Below, piece by piece: positions 24,970 to 39,100 of a DNA stretch of 64,000 bases. Within the stretch, counting starts at the first letter, position 1. The number at the start of each line of letters is the position of its first letter. The stretch covers positions 62,001 to 126,000 of the forward strand of contig MU058206.1 in assembly GCA_013265495.1 (NCBI GenBank). Direction: 5' to 3'. Under the pieces are notes generated by a model. That model was not told where the DNA came from and did not search any database. It worked only from the letters and a program-made list of their open reading frames with translations. The DNA comes from Vicugna vicugna (lineage: Eukaryota). The translations under genes were made by a program, and so were the position numbers.

Positions 24970-27900
24970 AGATGTCCTCTGAGTTCCTTCCTGGCTCCGG
25001 CTTCCTAGGATGACACGACCCCTCTGATGCTCTCCCCAGCTGTGATTCCCAGCTGCTTCTCCTGTGGCAGTCGCCTGGGAAGGGTCCCTTCAGAGAACCA
25101 TGAGCACTGGGTTTCCGGTGTGGTGACGTGCTAGGGAAGGAACAGGCCAGGGTGGAGTGGGGACAGAAGCGGGCTTGAAAGCAGCCATCGTCCTGCCCTG
25201 CCCTGCCCTGCCCTAGCCAGTAGAAGGGCTTCAGCGTGGCTGCCTGGCTGCCCGGCTGCCCAGGGGGAGGGGGGCACCTCACCTGGGCCTGAGCTGGGCC
25301 CTTCGGGGCTCCGTGAGGGGAAGGCTGGGCTCCCACTGCCAAGCTCACAGTCCCTGCTCGGGGGGGCCATTCAGGATCTGTGTTCTCGGGAGGGCAGCAC
25401 ACAGGCCCCCGGAGTCCCTTCTGGCCGTGGAGCCAGAGTGAGGGGAGTCGGGGCATGAGGTAAGGTGCTCTCACCACCCCCAGCCTGTCTCCCCCACCCA
25501 CCAGCACTCAGCGCAGACTGGTGCCCTCCCGCTGCCGAGCAGAGCTGCACCGGGCCTAAGAGACCACCTTGCTGTAGTCCCACGTTGTACCAAGTGACCC
25601 AGGAGGGTGAGTGACCCGAGCCCACACTCCTATTCCAGCCTCTGCCCTTCAGCGTGCGTCCAGGGGCCGGGCTGGGTCTCCAGAGCAGGCTTGAGACACT
25701 CCCCAACTCCTCCATGCCACCCTCTCCGTTCCCACTCTGGGGACAGGGCTTGGGCCCTGCCATGGAGGGCGTGGGGTTGCTGGGATCTGGTGCATGGCCC
25801 ACCTGTGGACACACCCTGGACCCCGACTGTGACTGTGATTGGCTCCCACAGCCCTGCGGGCAGGGCTCCGGAGAAAGGGAGGGAGGGAGGGAGCGCTGAG
25901 CGCCCCCCAGGCCCCTCCTCTGTCTGGCCCTGGCCTGGCTGAACTGTCAGCGGGATGAGGGGGCACTCTGACCCACCCCCTCTGGCTCCGCTGCTCCTCC
26001 TGCAGAGAGCCAGATGCTGCCGACAGCTGGAAGGCTGGCCTGCCTGGCACACAGTTCTGCCTGCACAGGGGGTGGGTTCATTTTAATAACTTCATTTCAC
26101 CCTCACGCACACTCTGCCGCCTCATCCCTCCTTTTTCACATTCCCCAGTGTCGCGTCGGTACTTCTCAGTTAGGATCGTGCCAACATATTTCCTCCCGAA
26201 TCATAATTCTTTTAGAATAGCCCTATTATAATAGCCCTTTGCGCCCTATTAGTCTTGCCATTACCAGATACTTCCTCGTCCGCTTAGTCCCGCAAAGGTA
26301 AGGGCTCCATCAAAGCTTCTAGCTATGGAGGTGCCAACCTCTGCCCCCTTGATGAGTAATGCTTGGAGCATCCCCCTGGGAGATGGACCCCCAGTCACTG
26401 CCAAGTGCTTGGACCCCCACTCTTGCCACTGGAAACTCACAGGAGAGCACATTCCTCGGGAACAAGCCTATCTCCTCTCCCAGAGGGAACCTCTAGGTCC
26501 CACCCTCACCCCCAAACCTTTGGCGTTCCCCAGCGTCATCACCCTTCAGATCTAGCTGCTGGTCCTGAGGCCCTGCTCCCCTGCCAACTCAACCAGGCTG
26601 GGGAGCTGCCCAGGACAGGGTCCTTGTCTCCTCTGTTCCAGTGGCGCCTCTGCGTCATGCCTACCAGACTAGGGGCTCTTTGGGGACAGGAGGCCCTGGG
26701 GCCAGGTTCTGTGCCTCCTTTATCAGATTGGGGTCTCTCTGAGGGCAGGGACTGCAAAATGGATGCAGAGGGGGAAGCTTGTTCTTTCTAAGCATTGGAA
26801 CACCTGGAGGTCGCCTCTGTCCTCCGTCTTGTGTACATCTAGGCAAGCATTCCCATCTGGGCCTCAGCATTCCCATCTCTATGGGGGGTAAGTCTTCCCA
26901 GCAGCCTCTGACGCTAGCAAGAGGAAATACATGTTAGGTCAACTGGCACTGATGACATCTTCCCCTTGATGCACCTCAAGTCAAAGCAAATGGATGCCTG
27001 GGTTCCTCCTCCCTCCTCTCTCCTCCCTCCCCTCTCACTCTACTTCCCCGAGATGAGCAAGCAGGAGCTGAGTCACACCCTTTCCCATCCTTGGCAGAAA
27101 TGCTAGTGACCTTGCATGTGGCAGACTTCCGTGGCAAGGCCTATTGCTCAGAGATGCTCGAGGTGGTAGGTGGGGAGGGAGGCTGGTGAAAGGGTATGGT
27201 GGGGGATGGAGGCAACTGAAGGTCATGTGTGAAGCGACTAGGGTGCTGGATTATTGAGTGGGTATGCATAAGGGGTTGTGGGAGACACAATGAACCAGTT
27301 GCTCCATGTTGGGAAGTGATCCAGTGTCATAGCTGGGCGTGGGAGAGAGAAACGTCACTTCTGAAGACAGTCCTGCCAGAAGAACCAGGGGCTGGGTGAC
27401 AGGCAAGGAGAGGAGCTACCAGCCCCACTAGGCAGAGGCAAGATCGGGCGAGGGCAGGCAGCACCTGCCCATTATACCAAAGTCCTGGAGTGGCAGCTGC
27501 TAAGCTGTCCCCAAGGCACAAACGCCAGAGTAGAACAGGCACTCAGAGGTTGGGGGCTGGGCTCTGGTTCCACAGGAGACCCCATTTTCTGTTGGCCTGC
27601 CAAGCTCAAGGCTGAACTGATAACAATCCAAGCTAACATGTCTAGTTCAAATCCTTCCAGTTCATCATCTCTGAGCCACCTGGCTAGATGATCCTAAGGG
27701 GCACATTAGCACCTTTTGAGCCACAGAAGCTACCAAAAAAACTAGCAATGTGAGTGTTGCAGGAAGATACATCTGGATCCCAGTTCTGGGTCTATAACTT
27801 ATTAGCCTTGGACAAATGACATAATCTCCCAGAGTTTCCTTACATGAAAAACTGGGGATCTATTACCTGCCTTGGAGCATTGTTGGGAAAATTAAATGTT

Positions 27901-28034
27901 ACTCCCTCCTCCTTGTTTCTGGATGTGGGTTTCTGTTCACGTCAGGCTTGCTCCTGGTGTGGGTAGGTGGAAGTGCCCCAGCCTGGAGGTAGGAGACCTC
28001 GTTTCCTCCCTGGTTCTGTCCCTTAATTCATGTG

Positions 28035-28540
28035 GCAGAGACCACTAATAATCCATTTCCCCTTTCTCCATAGTAATGGAATTCTCAATTTTTAGCTGAG
28101 CACATGACTGCCTGAAAAAAAAATTTTTTTTTGCTTCTCTTACACCTAGATGTGGCCATGTGACTAAAATCTAGCCAGTGACATATAAGCCAAGGAGTTC
28201 TTTGGCAACTTACGGAAGTCTTAAGATTGTTGATGTACACGAGTGCCCCTTCTTCTTTGTTCCATCCTCTGTCCTGCTGCCTGGAATGTGTATATGATTG
28301 CTGGAGCTCTAGCAGCCATCTTAGACCATGAGGGATAAGAGCCATACCCTAGAAGCTGCAGAGCAATGAACTAGAAGAAATCCTGGTCCCTGAAAAATTT
28401 GTGGAATAGAAATATCACCCCAGTCCTAGGCTCCTACCTTCACTTTTTATGTGAGAGAAAAATCCAATTTCTTTCTTACTTCTATCAAATTTCTATCTCA
28501 TTGGGTCTCTGTTTCTAGCAGTGATGTCTAGCTCCACTTG
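28035..28540 (+). mobile_element. ERVL/MaLR-type solo LTR (LTR16/LTR33/MLT1-like)
   Basis: CTAGATGTGGCCATGTGACTAA, GGAGCTCTAGCAGCCATCTTAGACCATGAGG and TTTTATGTGAGAGAAAAAT motifs. Confidence 0.65.
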
Positions 28541-31104
28541 ATTCGGTGGATGTGGTTGAGTACTTCAGTTCTGTTGACCTCAGTTTCCTCACCTGTAGAA
28601 ATGAGGAAATGCTCACATATGTTGCCGCACATCAGAGAGGTTACATAGACTCATGGGCAAGAAGGTACTAGGGAAAGCGCTGGTCCTCTGCCCCCTCTCT
28701 GGCACTGAGGTGCCATTTGGGAGGCAGAACAAGTTGCTGCTGCAGTGCAGGGGGCCCCTGAGAGGCTCAGAAGCATTCACTACCTCTGTCTGAAAGGCCT
28801 CCAATCCCCCAATTGAGCCCCCACACATCTGAGTCCCCATCCACGGTCTGATGTTGGTGACACACAATCCTCGTTAAGGGCCTGACTGATCCCAGCCAGA
28901 TGGGATCCTAATTTAATTAAAACCCTTTAATTACCTGCAACAACACAGCTTTGGAAGTCCAATGCAGAAGGGGGCCTGCGATGGGAGGGGGATCTTTGAC
29001 AGGGCAGAGTAGGGGCTGCCCTTTTGTCACTCTGGGACCCTGGGGTTGTAAGGCGCTCCTCCTACCAGGGTGGGCTCAGACTGTGCGGAGCAGCCGTATG
29101 GCCCGTGTTTCTGGCTTGGTCCATTGCCAAGCTGGGGAGCGAGGCAAACCAGGCACTTGGGGGCAGAGTCCCAGGCTCCTGAACATGAAGCTGTCAGTGT
29201 TGGGTTTGTGCTTACACTGAGACTAACACAGACTGTCTGAACTCAGATCTGAGCCCCCCAAGACCCTGGGCCTGCCGGGAACACTCTGATTCCTGATTCT
29301 GATCCCTCCTGAACTGGCCTGGCTTAAGAAATAGGGGTACCTCTGGCTCCACCAAGAAAAAGCTCTGCCCCTGTGAACTCGAGGTCTCATTACCTGGGGA
29401 AGGAGATGAAAGGGAGTGACTTAGGTGGACCGCACAGGGACCATGTGGTTTCTTGGGGTCTAGTACGCAGCCTCCCCTGCCCCCCCTCGCTGGCTGGTCC
29501 CCGTTAAAGCAGACGGAAGTAGCCCAGGCCAGGCTGAAGCCTCCAAGCCTGGGCGGGGCAGACTCAGAAGCCTAGACCCGGTGAGCTGGGCTATTTCTAA
29601 GCCTCATGGACATAAGATGTTAATACCCTTCTGTTCTCCCTTAGTCCTATTCATCCAGCAAATATTGTTTAATAAAGCCTCTCAAAGTCCCAGCTGGTCT
29701 CTACAGGGCCAGATCATCAAGGGAAGAGGTTTCAGTTCACACTTGAGCCATAGCCTCAAAGGAAATGTTCTGTTGGGGTCAGCATGATGTCAGTGGCTAG
29801 AACTGAAGCAAGAAACTCCAAGAAGAATGAACTCAAGGGGGAAAAGTAAGAGCCATGAGGCCACACCACTCCACACCCCAAAGGTTGTCCTTCCAAAGCT
29901 GAAGCTGAGGGGCGCTGTAGTTCGCTCTGTTGAACTCTACCCCCCCACCCCCTCACCCCATACTCAGAACTTTTGGCTCCCACCTTCCCAGCCCCTTCCT
30001 CTCTTCCAGCATCCGGCCTCAACTCCACATTCCACCTCGCTTCCTCTGTTATCTCCCAGCATCCACAGCCCTCTCAAAACAGCCTACTCCAATCTCTGAC
30101 TCAGATTGAGTCTGGAGTGCTCTGTAACCACCAACTTGGGGGCTGTCAAGCGGATGTTCCCCCAGACTAACTAGAGACTTGGATGCAGGAGCTGTGTTCC
30201 CCATCAGATCGGACACTCGTGAGGGCACGGGCTATGTGTCCCTTTCCAGCTGGCCCAGAGGCTCCTCAGAGGCAGGTGGTCCTTCCTTGGCAGTTACACC
30301 TGAACCCTGGTGGCTTGCACACCAAACTCTCCCCAGGGGGGACCATCCCTGATGGGCCTCATTGGATGGTGCGCTGAGGCGTAATCTCAGCCTTCGCTCT
30401 GCCAGCTTGGGAGAGGAAGCAACAACAGGGGGACAAGCTGCTACACCGTTCTCACTCCAGCCTGCCCAGGTCCTCCTGGCTGGAGGAGACGGTGGGCAGG
30501 AAGTGAGAGGGCAGCAGAGGGGGAGGGCAGCAGAGGGGGAGGGCAGCATGTGGGTGTGGGCACACTCCTCTTCCCACCTGCCCCAATACTGTGTGTTGTC
30601 TTCCCTAGAATGGTCTTCAGAGAACTGGGTTAGCTCCGAGGGCAAAGTGAGAGGCACTGAGCATTACAGGAAAAGCCTGGGTCTTCTAGCTCCTAGTCCA
30701 GTACCTGCTCTTTTCTTGTACCAGTCTTCCTTGCTCCAGATCCCCTTCATGACTTGCGGGGTGATCCTACCTGGGGACAGATAGCCTGCTAAGTCATAGG
30801 GAGCCTGGGCTCTCCTCCTTGGGGTCAGAGCAAGGCCATCTCCCGGCTGTGATGCGTTTGGAGAGAGTTGAGTTTGAGTCTTAGTTGCCATGTGATCTTG
30901 TTCTAATCTCCACCCCTCCCGGCCTAGATGGCAGTTCCTCCCCATCTGCTCACATGGTCACTGCGGGAACAGCTCACTCTGGCAGTGGGGGCATCGTGTC
31001 CATGTAAGGCTATTGCCATGTAGCTGGCGCCTGGCCCTCCCCGACCCGCTGGGATTCACGAGCAGGGGGAGAGGGCTGGTTTCTCTTTCTTTGCGGGGGC
31101 GGCT

Positions 31105-31325
31105 GTGGAGCACAGAAGTTGAGAGCACGGATTCTGCAGCCAGGTTGCCTGGATTCAAGTCCTTACTCTGTCTGTTCCTAATTGTAGACTTTAGGCAAGG
31201 TATGGAACATCTTTGTGTCTCAGTTTCCCCATCTGTAAAATGGGGGCGATCTTTGCCCATCAGAGGGCTGTTGAATTGGAACGTGTAAAGCCAATGGAAC
31301 TCTGGTACAGAGGCAGTATTCAAGG
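31105..31325 (+). mobile_element. MIR SINE (other MIR remnants at ~5980-6520, 21690-21760, 33130-33275, 39110-39260, 48230-48360)
   Basis: MIR core TTTGTGTCTCAGTTTCCCCATCTGTAAAATGGGG, preceded by CCTGGATTCAAGTCC. Confidence 0.8.
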
Positions 31326-33597
31326 GGAGCTGCTCTGAGTACAGCCCCACACTATTGCCCTCTCTGATCCTGGCCAAGCCTGGGGGTGAGAAGAATGGCC
31401 GTGGGCACTCTCATTCCCTGCTGCAGGAAGAATGGGCAGAAAAAAAACAGGGAAGTTCAGAAGTCTGTCATGTCGACAAAAGATGATCCACACAAAAGAA
31501 TCTATATTTGATTCTGGTCAAGAAACAGAGTCCTTGGTTGCATTCCTACTGCTCCCAGCATCCCACTTTTGCACTCCAGAAGCCCCTGTGGCACCCCCCG
31601 GTCCCCCACCCGCCGAGACCTCTACTGGTAAACAGAACACAAAGCTCAGGGAAAGCAAGTGGCCAAAGGGTCTTTATTTAGAAGCAGAGCTAAACACCCC
31701 AGGCAGTCAGCCAAGCGTACTGCCCAGGCTGAGGCAGCCTGCAGGGGCCCCTCCTGCCCTACCCCGCCCCATCCCCACCTCACCTGTCTCTATCACCTCC
31801 ATCCAGCAGATCAATTTCTCATCCGCCTCGATGGCCTGTGGTCCCTTGCTGGTCCCCCTGGGAAATGGGTTTGTGAAATATGCCCATCTCGGACTGTGCC
31901 TCTGAGGGTGAATCCCTGAGGACTGGGCCTTGTGGGACCATTTCTTCTACATTTTGAGAAGGGTCAAGGGCATGGACTACACACAGGGCCTGGCAGTAAA
32001 TCTTGTTGACTCACAGATGAACTCTGAACTCTATCATGGGAGTCTTTCGCAGGGACAGGGAGGAGGAGGAGAAGGGAGGACACAGGTTAAGAGGCAGTTA
32101 AAACCCTGCCGGGCGGCATCTGCAATAAGTGAGAATGATGCTGTTTGGGGAGATCGGGGGTAGGTGGAGGATACAAGAGTGTGGAAAGGTATATAAATGC
32201 CCCATTTACCAGTCCCGGCAGCTCCCAGGCCTGGGATAGGAGGGGGCCTGCTGCTGCTCAGTCAGGCTCTGCCATCTGCCACATCTCAGCGGACATCAGC
32301 ACTGGAGGGCTCGTTGTAGGCAGGGTTTTTTTATTTTTTATTTTTTTATGCGGCAGGATCAGGCTCAAGATGTCACTCTGGTAAGCGGTACTGGAGCGGG
32401 GGAGAGAAATGTCTAGGAAAACAGGGGAGAAATAATGGAAGCTTCCATGCTCCGGGAGGAGGGAAGGACCGGGAGCAGAAAAGGAAGGAAATAAAGCAAA
32501 GAAGCCAAAGAAGAAAAACCACATAGAAAAGATGGGCTTGGCTTAGCAGGTACGCACCATCCCTCTCTCCCTGGCCCCTTGGGAGGCCGCAATTGCCCAA
32601 GAAACAGGGTTTCAGGATCCCAAAGTTACTTACATCTTCTTCCCAAGCCCTATTTTCACACCTACAAGCCGAAGTGCTTCTGCCCGGTCTCTTACCTTTC
32701 TCTCTAATGCCGAATGTCAAGCACTCTTAGCTTTTTGTAACCACGATGACAGTGATGATGATAAATGAAGAACAGAAGAGCTATTCCAGGTGACTGAAAG
32801 ATCTGGCAAAAGCTGACTCTGTCCTGAGACTCCTCCACACATTACAGCAGGTGAGAGTCTCCGAGCTCGCCGGACACCGGGCTGGCCAGTCCATGCGGGA
32901 TTCTCTCCCCACAGGTAATTCTGCTTCAGGAGATCCCCCACACTCCCAAAGATGCCTATTTCAGGGTCTTGTCGCAGATTTACATTCCAACCCAAGAAAT
33001 CATAAAAAGAAATGGACTCAAAAGGCTACACGTGGCTTAGGTTAGGACCAAAAAGAAGTGCACGGCAGTAACAGCAGCAGCAGTTTACCTTTCTGGAGCC
33101 CACACATAGCAGTCACTGTGTTAAGGACTCGATATGTATTTACTCATTAATTTCCCACGAGAACCCTGAAATATACCCATTTTACAGATGAGAAAACTAA
33201 GGCTTATACAGGCAGGTGCTTTGGGCAGGATAATGAGTGGTGGAGGGAGGTCAGAGCCACGCTCCTGGACTCCAGATGTTGTCCAAACACCACCCTTGGG
33301 CGGACCCTCAGTGCTGCCTGCACTCTCACTAACTCCTCCCCAGCATCTCGCTCCCACCACTCGGCCAACCCCCAACCCTTACCCATGAATTCTTGGCCAT
33401 TGACCTTATTTCCTAGCTAACACTGAAAAACATACAAATCACCAGATGCAAGCTTGCTCAACTTCCCACTAGAGACGAATTCACTTTCTGCAGGACTCTC
33501 TTCACACCCAGAGAGGGCGCCCCATCCCTTCCGCCCGATGCCCACCCACTGCTTTTCCTTCCTGCTGTCTCAGAACCTCACAGCATTCTGCTGGTCC

Positions 33598-33756
33598 TTT
33601 ATTTTTTAATTTTTTAAAAAAATTCATCTTACTTTTTTGGCAGGGGGAATTAGGTTTATCTGTTCATCTGTTTATTTAAATAGAGGCACTGAGGACTGAA
33701 CCCAGGACCTTGCACATGCCAGGCAGGAAATCTACCACTGAGCTATACCTTTCTCC
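33598..33756 (-). mobile_element. tRNA-derived SINE (Vic-1-like), more diverged
   Basis: Reverse complement reads GGTATAGCTCAGTGGTAGA...GGTCCTGGGTTCAGTCCTC...AAACCTAATTCCCCC plus an A tail. Confidence 0.85.
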
Positions 33757-33959
33757 ATGGACCTTGGGACTTTCAAGTGCTTCCTTTCTACTTGATCCTG
33801 CCCATCCGCTTTAAACAGGCTCATGTCTCTTCTAACCTATAGGAAAAAATTTAACTCCTCCCTCCACTCATTTCCCTCCTCCAGTCACTGCCTGAACTTT
33901 CCCTTCCCTTCACAGCCATACCTCCAAGACCCGCCTGTCCTCTCATTCCTCATGTCCCA

Positions 33960-35230
33960 CCCACTCCTCACTTGGCCCCTACTGGGGTCCCTTCACTGAA
34001 AATGGCCCTGGCTAAGGTCGCTAATGACACCATGTTGCTAGTTCCAATGGGCATTTTTATTCTGTCACTTGTTCTACAGCGTCGGACACTTTTTAACAAC
34101 CTGTACTGGCTCTCTGACATACATCGTCTTCCTACCTATCTGGGGTCACTTCCCCTCCTCCTTTGTGGCTTATCCTCCTTTACTGGCCCTACAATGGAAG
34201 AGTCCCTTAAGGTTTAGTCCTGGGCCCCCTTCCCTCCTCACTCTATACTCCTCCTGGGCAATCCAGCACACCACAGAGCTTCCCAATTACACCTATAAAC
34301 CAGTATATCCCAGAACTTCTCTTCAGTTCCGACCTCTCCTCTGAATTCTAGACTCATAAATTCAACAGCCCACATGACACCTCCATTTGGACTTCTCAAG
34401 GCATCTCATAATCTACAAACAAAATGAACTTAATAATCTAATTTCTCTGTTTATCTTCCTATTGGTCTCTATTTTGGTGAATCCATCCTAGTCACCTCTT
34501 TGTCCTTACTCTATCCAATCTATCATCAAGTTTTGCCACCTTGCCCCCTAAATCTCCCCAGTTGATCTCTTCTCTAGCCCTGCCACCTCTCTACTTCAAG
34601 TTCTGTTATCTCTTGTCTTCCTCCATCCCCACTCTTAACAGTAACTTTTCTGCACTCTAGCCAAAGATTTTATTAAAATGAAAATCTTGTCACCTCCACC
34701 TGCTTAATAAAACTCTTCCATGATTTCCCCACTGTTCTTAGTGTAAGTACCCCAGTTCTACACGTGACCTGTGCGGGTCCTGCCAGATCTGGCCCCTAAC
34801 TTGCTTTCACACTTCTCCACACTCCAGCCACCCCACCTTGTCTGGGCTCCTGGAACACACCATGTGCCCTCCTGACTCTGGGCCTCACGTATGTGATTTC
34901 TTCTGTGTGGAACGTGCCTCTCCAACTTTACCAAGCTGACAGCTCTTCAACCTTCAGCAATCACTTCAAAAGCTCCTTTCTTTGGGAAGCCTTTCTAGAT
35001 CCCCCAGATGAGATGAATTCCCCACTCCAGGCTCTCACAGTGCCCCCTACACCTTTCCTCAGAGCACTCAGCATGGCTTGACATCGTGTACTTGTGAGAT
35101 TACTAAGACACTCTCTCCCCATTAGACTGTGAGGTCCAATGAGGGCAGGGGGCAGTTCGTTTTACTCACTGTTTATCCCTAGATACTAGCACAGTTCCTG
35201 GCACAACATATATGGAATGTATAAATGAAT
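33960..35230 (+). mobile_element. L2 LINE 3' fragment
   Basis: L2 motifs: GCTAAGGTCGCTAATGAC, TCTCCTCTGAATTCTAGACTC, GGAAGCCTTTCTAGATCCCC, CCCATTAGACTGTGAGGTCC..GAGGGCAGGG, CTAGCACAGTTCCTGGCACA...AATGAAT. Confidence 0.8.
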
Positions 35231-35736
35231 TTTCAGTAAAGAAAACAGAAAGAGCTCTAAAAATTCATTCTTAAAAGGCCAAACCAAGGCAAGGTTCTTA
35301 AATATCGGTGGGTGTAGGAGACCCTGGGGATCACCCATTGGTATGTTCATGTTGATCATGCTCAAATGCCCTTTCCTTTAGCTTTTGCTCAGAGGTAATG
35401 GGGGCATGAAGGATACACTGTGGAGACCACGTTCTCTGGAATGACTAAAGATTACATGGGATAATGTGTCAGAGGATATGCCTATTTTTCATTAGTGTTT
35501 CAATGAAAAGAAACACTTCCAACACTAGTAAGAGACAGAAATAAAAATGTTTATTTACTCAGAGAGGTTAAAATGTATGACTACCGGTTCATGTATCAAT
35601 GTCAATCTATCTATAAACTTCCAAAAAGGCAGTACTTCATTTCACCATTAAAAGTAGTAGGTGCATTTTAAAGTGCTGCCAGATAACAGGAAATAATGAA
35701 GCTCACAGATGTTGGAGGACAAATGTGAAACCACAC

Positions 35737-36136
35737 CTGTGGTGTGCTGGGGCCGGTTCGCACCGGCTCTACAGAGCCAATCGTTAAATTTCCAGGAATT
35801 TTGAGAGCTGGTTGTTAAGCGGCCAATTAAAAATTAAATTGTACCAGTGTACAATTAACAGCAATGGTAATAAATACTCAAAATTCATCTCTTTCTAATT
35901 ATGCTTTACTACTGCCTGTGGCTTGAGGTTACACCCATCTTCTGTATCTGTACGGCGGAAGTACTAGACGATGGTGAGCTGCAAATCCCCTTCCAGCTCC
36001 GCACCCAGTTAATGTCATCTTCAGGTTTGGCATAGGCCATCGTAGGAGTATCTACACCACGTAAACTGGTAAATGCTCCCCATCAGGACTTACATTTTGA
36101 GGAACTGACCGCTATACCTTTCGTAGCACATCCCTG
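35737..36136. mobile_element. MER63-like hAT-Blackjack DNA transposon
   Basis: Ends CTGTGGTGTGCTGG... and ...AGCACATCCCTG are degenerate TIRs; internal GAGCCAATCGTTAAATTTCCAGGAATTTTGAGAGCTGGTTGTTAA. Confidence 0.7.
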
Positions 36137-39100
36137 AACGAAACCACTGCCCACAAAAACATTTCAAGCATCTACAGTAGATGTGAAGCAAACTTTTTTC
36201 ACTTGGAAGAGGGATAGGTTAAAGTGCAGAAATGTGTGTCTGTCTTTAGGAAATCATTCTCAAAATTGTGTAAGGGTTGAAGGTGATTGTTTTCTTTCTC
36301 AATCTGAAGGTACAATTATTATATAAACATGACTTATTACAAATATCAATTACTAAAGTGTCTGGTTTTATGGAACAACCTGTACACCATTACTTCTAGA
36401 CAAAAATAAATATGTTGACTAAATTGAGACATAAATTCTTAAGAGTGGGTGGGAGAGAGTCCCTTCCTCTCTGCCCGCCAGACTTCCGGAAAGAGGAGCT
36501 TACACTCAAGCTATGTTTGCTTACTTTCTCATCAGTTTGGCTTTGGCCTCCACTCTTTGACAGAAACTGCTCTAAGGTAACCAGCCACTGACCTCCTTAC
36601 TACTTTTCAGCCCTCAGTGCTGTGAACTCTTGGCTTTGTTTCTGTGGGCCACTGCCCGGCCTCATCTGTGAGACCAGGTTAGGAGAGTGGAAATGCTATT
36701 TGCCGCCTTAGTCCTGACCTAGCACAGCGTCTGGCACCTTCTAGGTGCTCAGGCATCGTTTGCCCAATCGGTGGCCTGAATTTTAATCTCCGTGACCTGG
36801 ATCAGTCATCTCTCTTCTCTGGATGCCTGTTCCCTGAGACATGAAACCATGAACTATGTGGGGGTCCCTTTTTCCCCTTCAGTTTATCAAGAGCTCGCAT
36901 GCTAGGGTCTTAATCGGGCTAACGCTCGCCCCTTTTCAGCTCAGTGCTTTGAGCCAGGGTGTCCACTTCACTGTCAGGCAAACTCTTCGATTTTCACTTT
37001 CTCTCTGGTCCTCCAGCCTAAGCCCCAAAGCTATTCCTTTGCCTGCTGTTGCTTCTTGGCTCAGAGCCAGGTTGAGTGACCTTGAGGATGTTACATTATC
37101 ACCTTCCCAAGCTGTACAGTTGAAGTGAACAGGAGCTGCACAAGACAAGGCGGCCAGCATTCAGAACTCCTGTGAGATCTGTAAACTACAGGTCCTGGTG
37201 CGACATTCCCCTACCTGAGTTATGCATATTTTATCTGCAAAATGTTTTTTCCCCTAGAGTCGATCCCCTTCAACTCCTTAATCATTTGTGTTGCTTGTAC
37301 TGAATTCCCTCAAGTCGAAAATTCTTTTTCCTCGAGCGGCAGGAATCAGAACCATTCCAGATGCCACCTTCCACTCCAGCATGACAGGATTTACAGAGGG
37401 GGAGTGATCATCTTGCTAATGGCTCAGCAGCATAAAGATCCCATCAGTCAACAACATTCAAGTTGCCACCCTCATCTGCAGGTCAAAGCTTCTGGTTCTC
37501 CCAGCTCATTATCCCAAATACTGATCATCCTGCACTTGCCTCCTTGCTCACTGTCTCCATAAGGCATCCACCTATGGGGTCAAAGGCCCCAATGTGGCGC
37601 AGTCAACCTCTGAAATTAAAAGGGGGGGAAACACATCCACGTTTGTGCATCAACATACATAAAGAACAGTGTGACGATACTCACCTGAATATTGGATTAG
37701 CAAGCAAGCCATTAGAAATGAATCTAAATGATGTAGGCCAGAGTTCAGTGAAAAGTCATGAGATAAAGGAAACACATGGGGCTCAGGCTGATTAAAAAGA
37801 TAATTAGTTGTGGAAAATATGTTTGGGCTCCAGCCAAGAATTTGTCTTTAACAAAGATAAACTGAAGGATCCAATACGGTCATGTTGCGGGGATTTAGTT
37901 TCTGTTCTTTTGTAAGAGTTGAAGAGCCAGAACAAAGCAACAGTCAGTTTCAAAGTGCAGTTCAACGTCCTCCGCCGCCTGCCCCCATTTGTTGTTCTGC
38001 TCATAAACACACAAGCTGTTTCCTTTCATCTGCACAGGCTCACACAATATGGAGAATCCACAACAGATTTAAAAAATGAATGTGGAGTGGTGGTCAAGCC
38101 AGAAATCTTTGGGCCTAAGAAATAATCTTGATGTCCCTGGCTGGAATCTAAAAAGAAAAAAAAAAAGAGGGTTCTCTTCAAAGATCTAAAAGGCCAGCAG
38201 ATTTAGCAGTGATAAGGAAAAGAGAGGCATCTCTTACTTAAATTGTTAAACCCCATAAAGGTGTTTAGAGGCCTAATAACAACACAGAAGAGGTTCACTC
38301 TACATAAAGAATGGGAAAATTTCTCCAGGGATGGCCAGATACAGGGGGGCTGACAATACGGAAGGAGGGGAGCTGGGGAATGATGCCAGATATGCTATTT
38401 GGACCTGAAACTGCAACTCCAAAGGTTCTGTGAAACTACTTGCCTGAAATATTGTTTTGATAAATAAGCCATATCCTTGTGGAATTGAAATCTCCAACTG
38501 TTCCACTGGCACGGACATCTCTGCAGTGACAGCACATGCCCCAGATTGTGGAGTTAACTTGAATTAAATTTCAGATGTGGGGGAGCTGAGGGAGGGGGTG
38601 GTGGCAGTGGGAGGTTTATGAACAGTATGCTGGGGCTCTGATGTTGTCATAACCAGATGGCTTCAAATGTATCATTTAAACAAAAACAAACACATCCAGA
38701 AAGAATATAATAATGACAGGAGAAGCATCGAACAGCTTCACCTGTACGTGGAATCCTAACAGCTTTGTACCCATAGGAAAGCCCACATTGGAAATCTCTT
38801 AAGTAGAGGAAAATTCCAAGAGACCTTCATCTTGTCAGAAGCTTGGTGCCAGAAGTGCTACCCTCCTGAGGATATAAACTCCTTGGACCCACAGCTTTCT
38901 GTGAATGAGGAAAAGCAAACCTGAAGCCTGGTTTGTCCTCCTGCACCCTCTGAAGAACAGTCCAGCAGAGGCACCTTTCCAGAGCTTTGCTCTTGCTGTT
39001 CCCACAGGAAGAAAGCTTTACCTTTTCTTACCGAGACACTTCAGAAATGGAACTTTTTCCAGTTACTTACATAATCTTTCCAGGGTATCACGTTGGAAGA

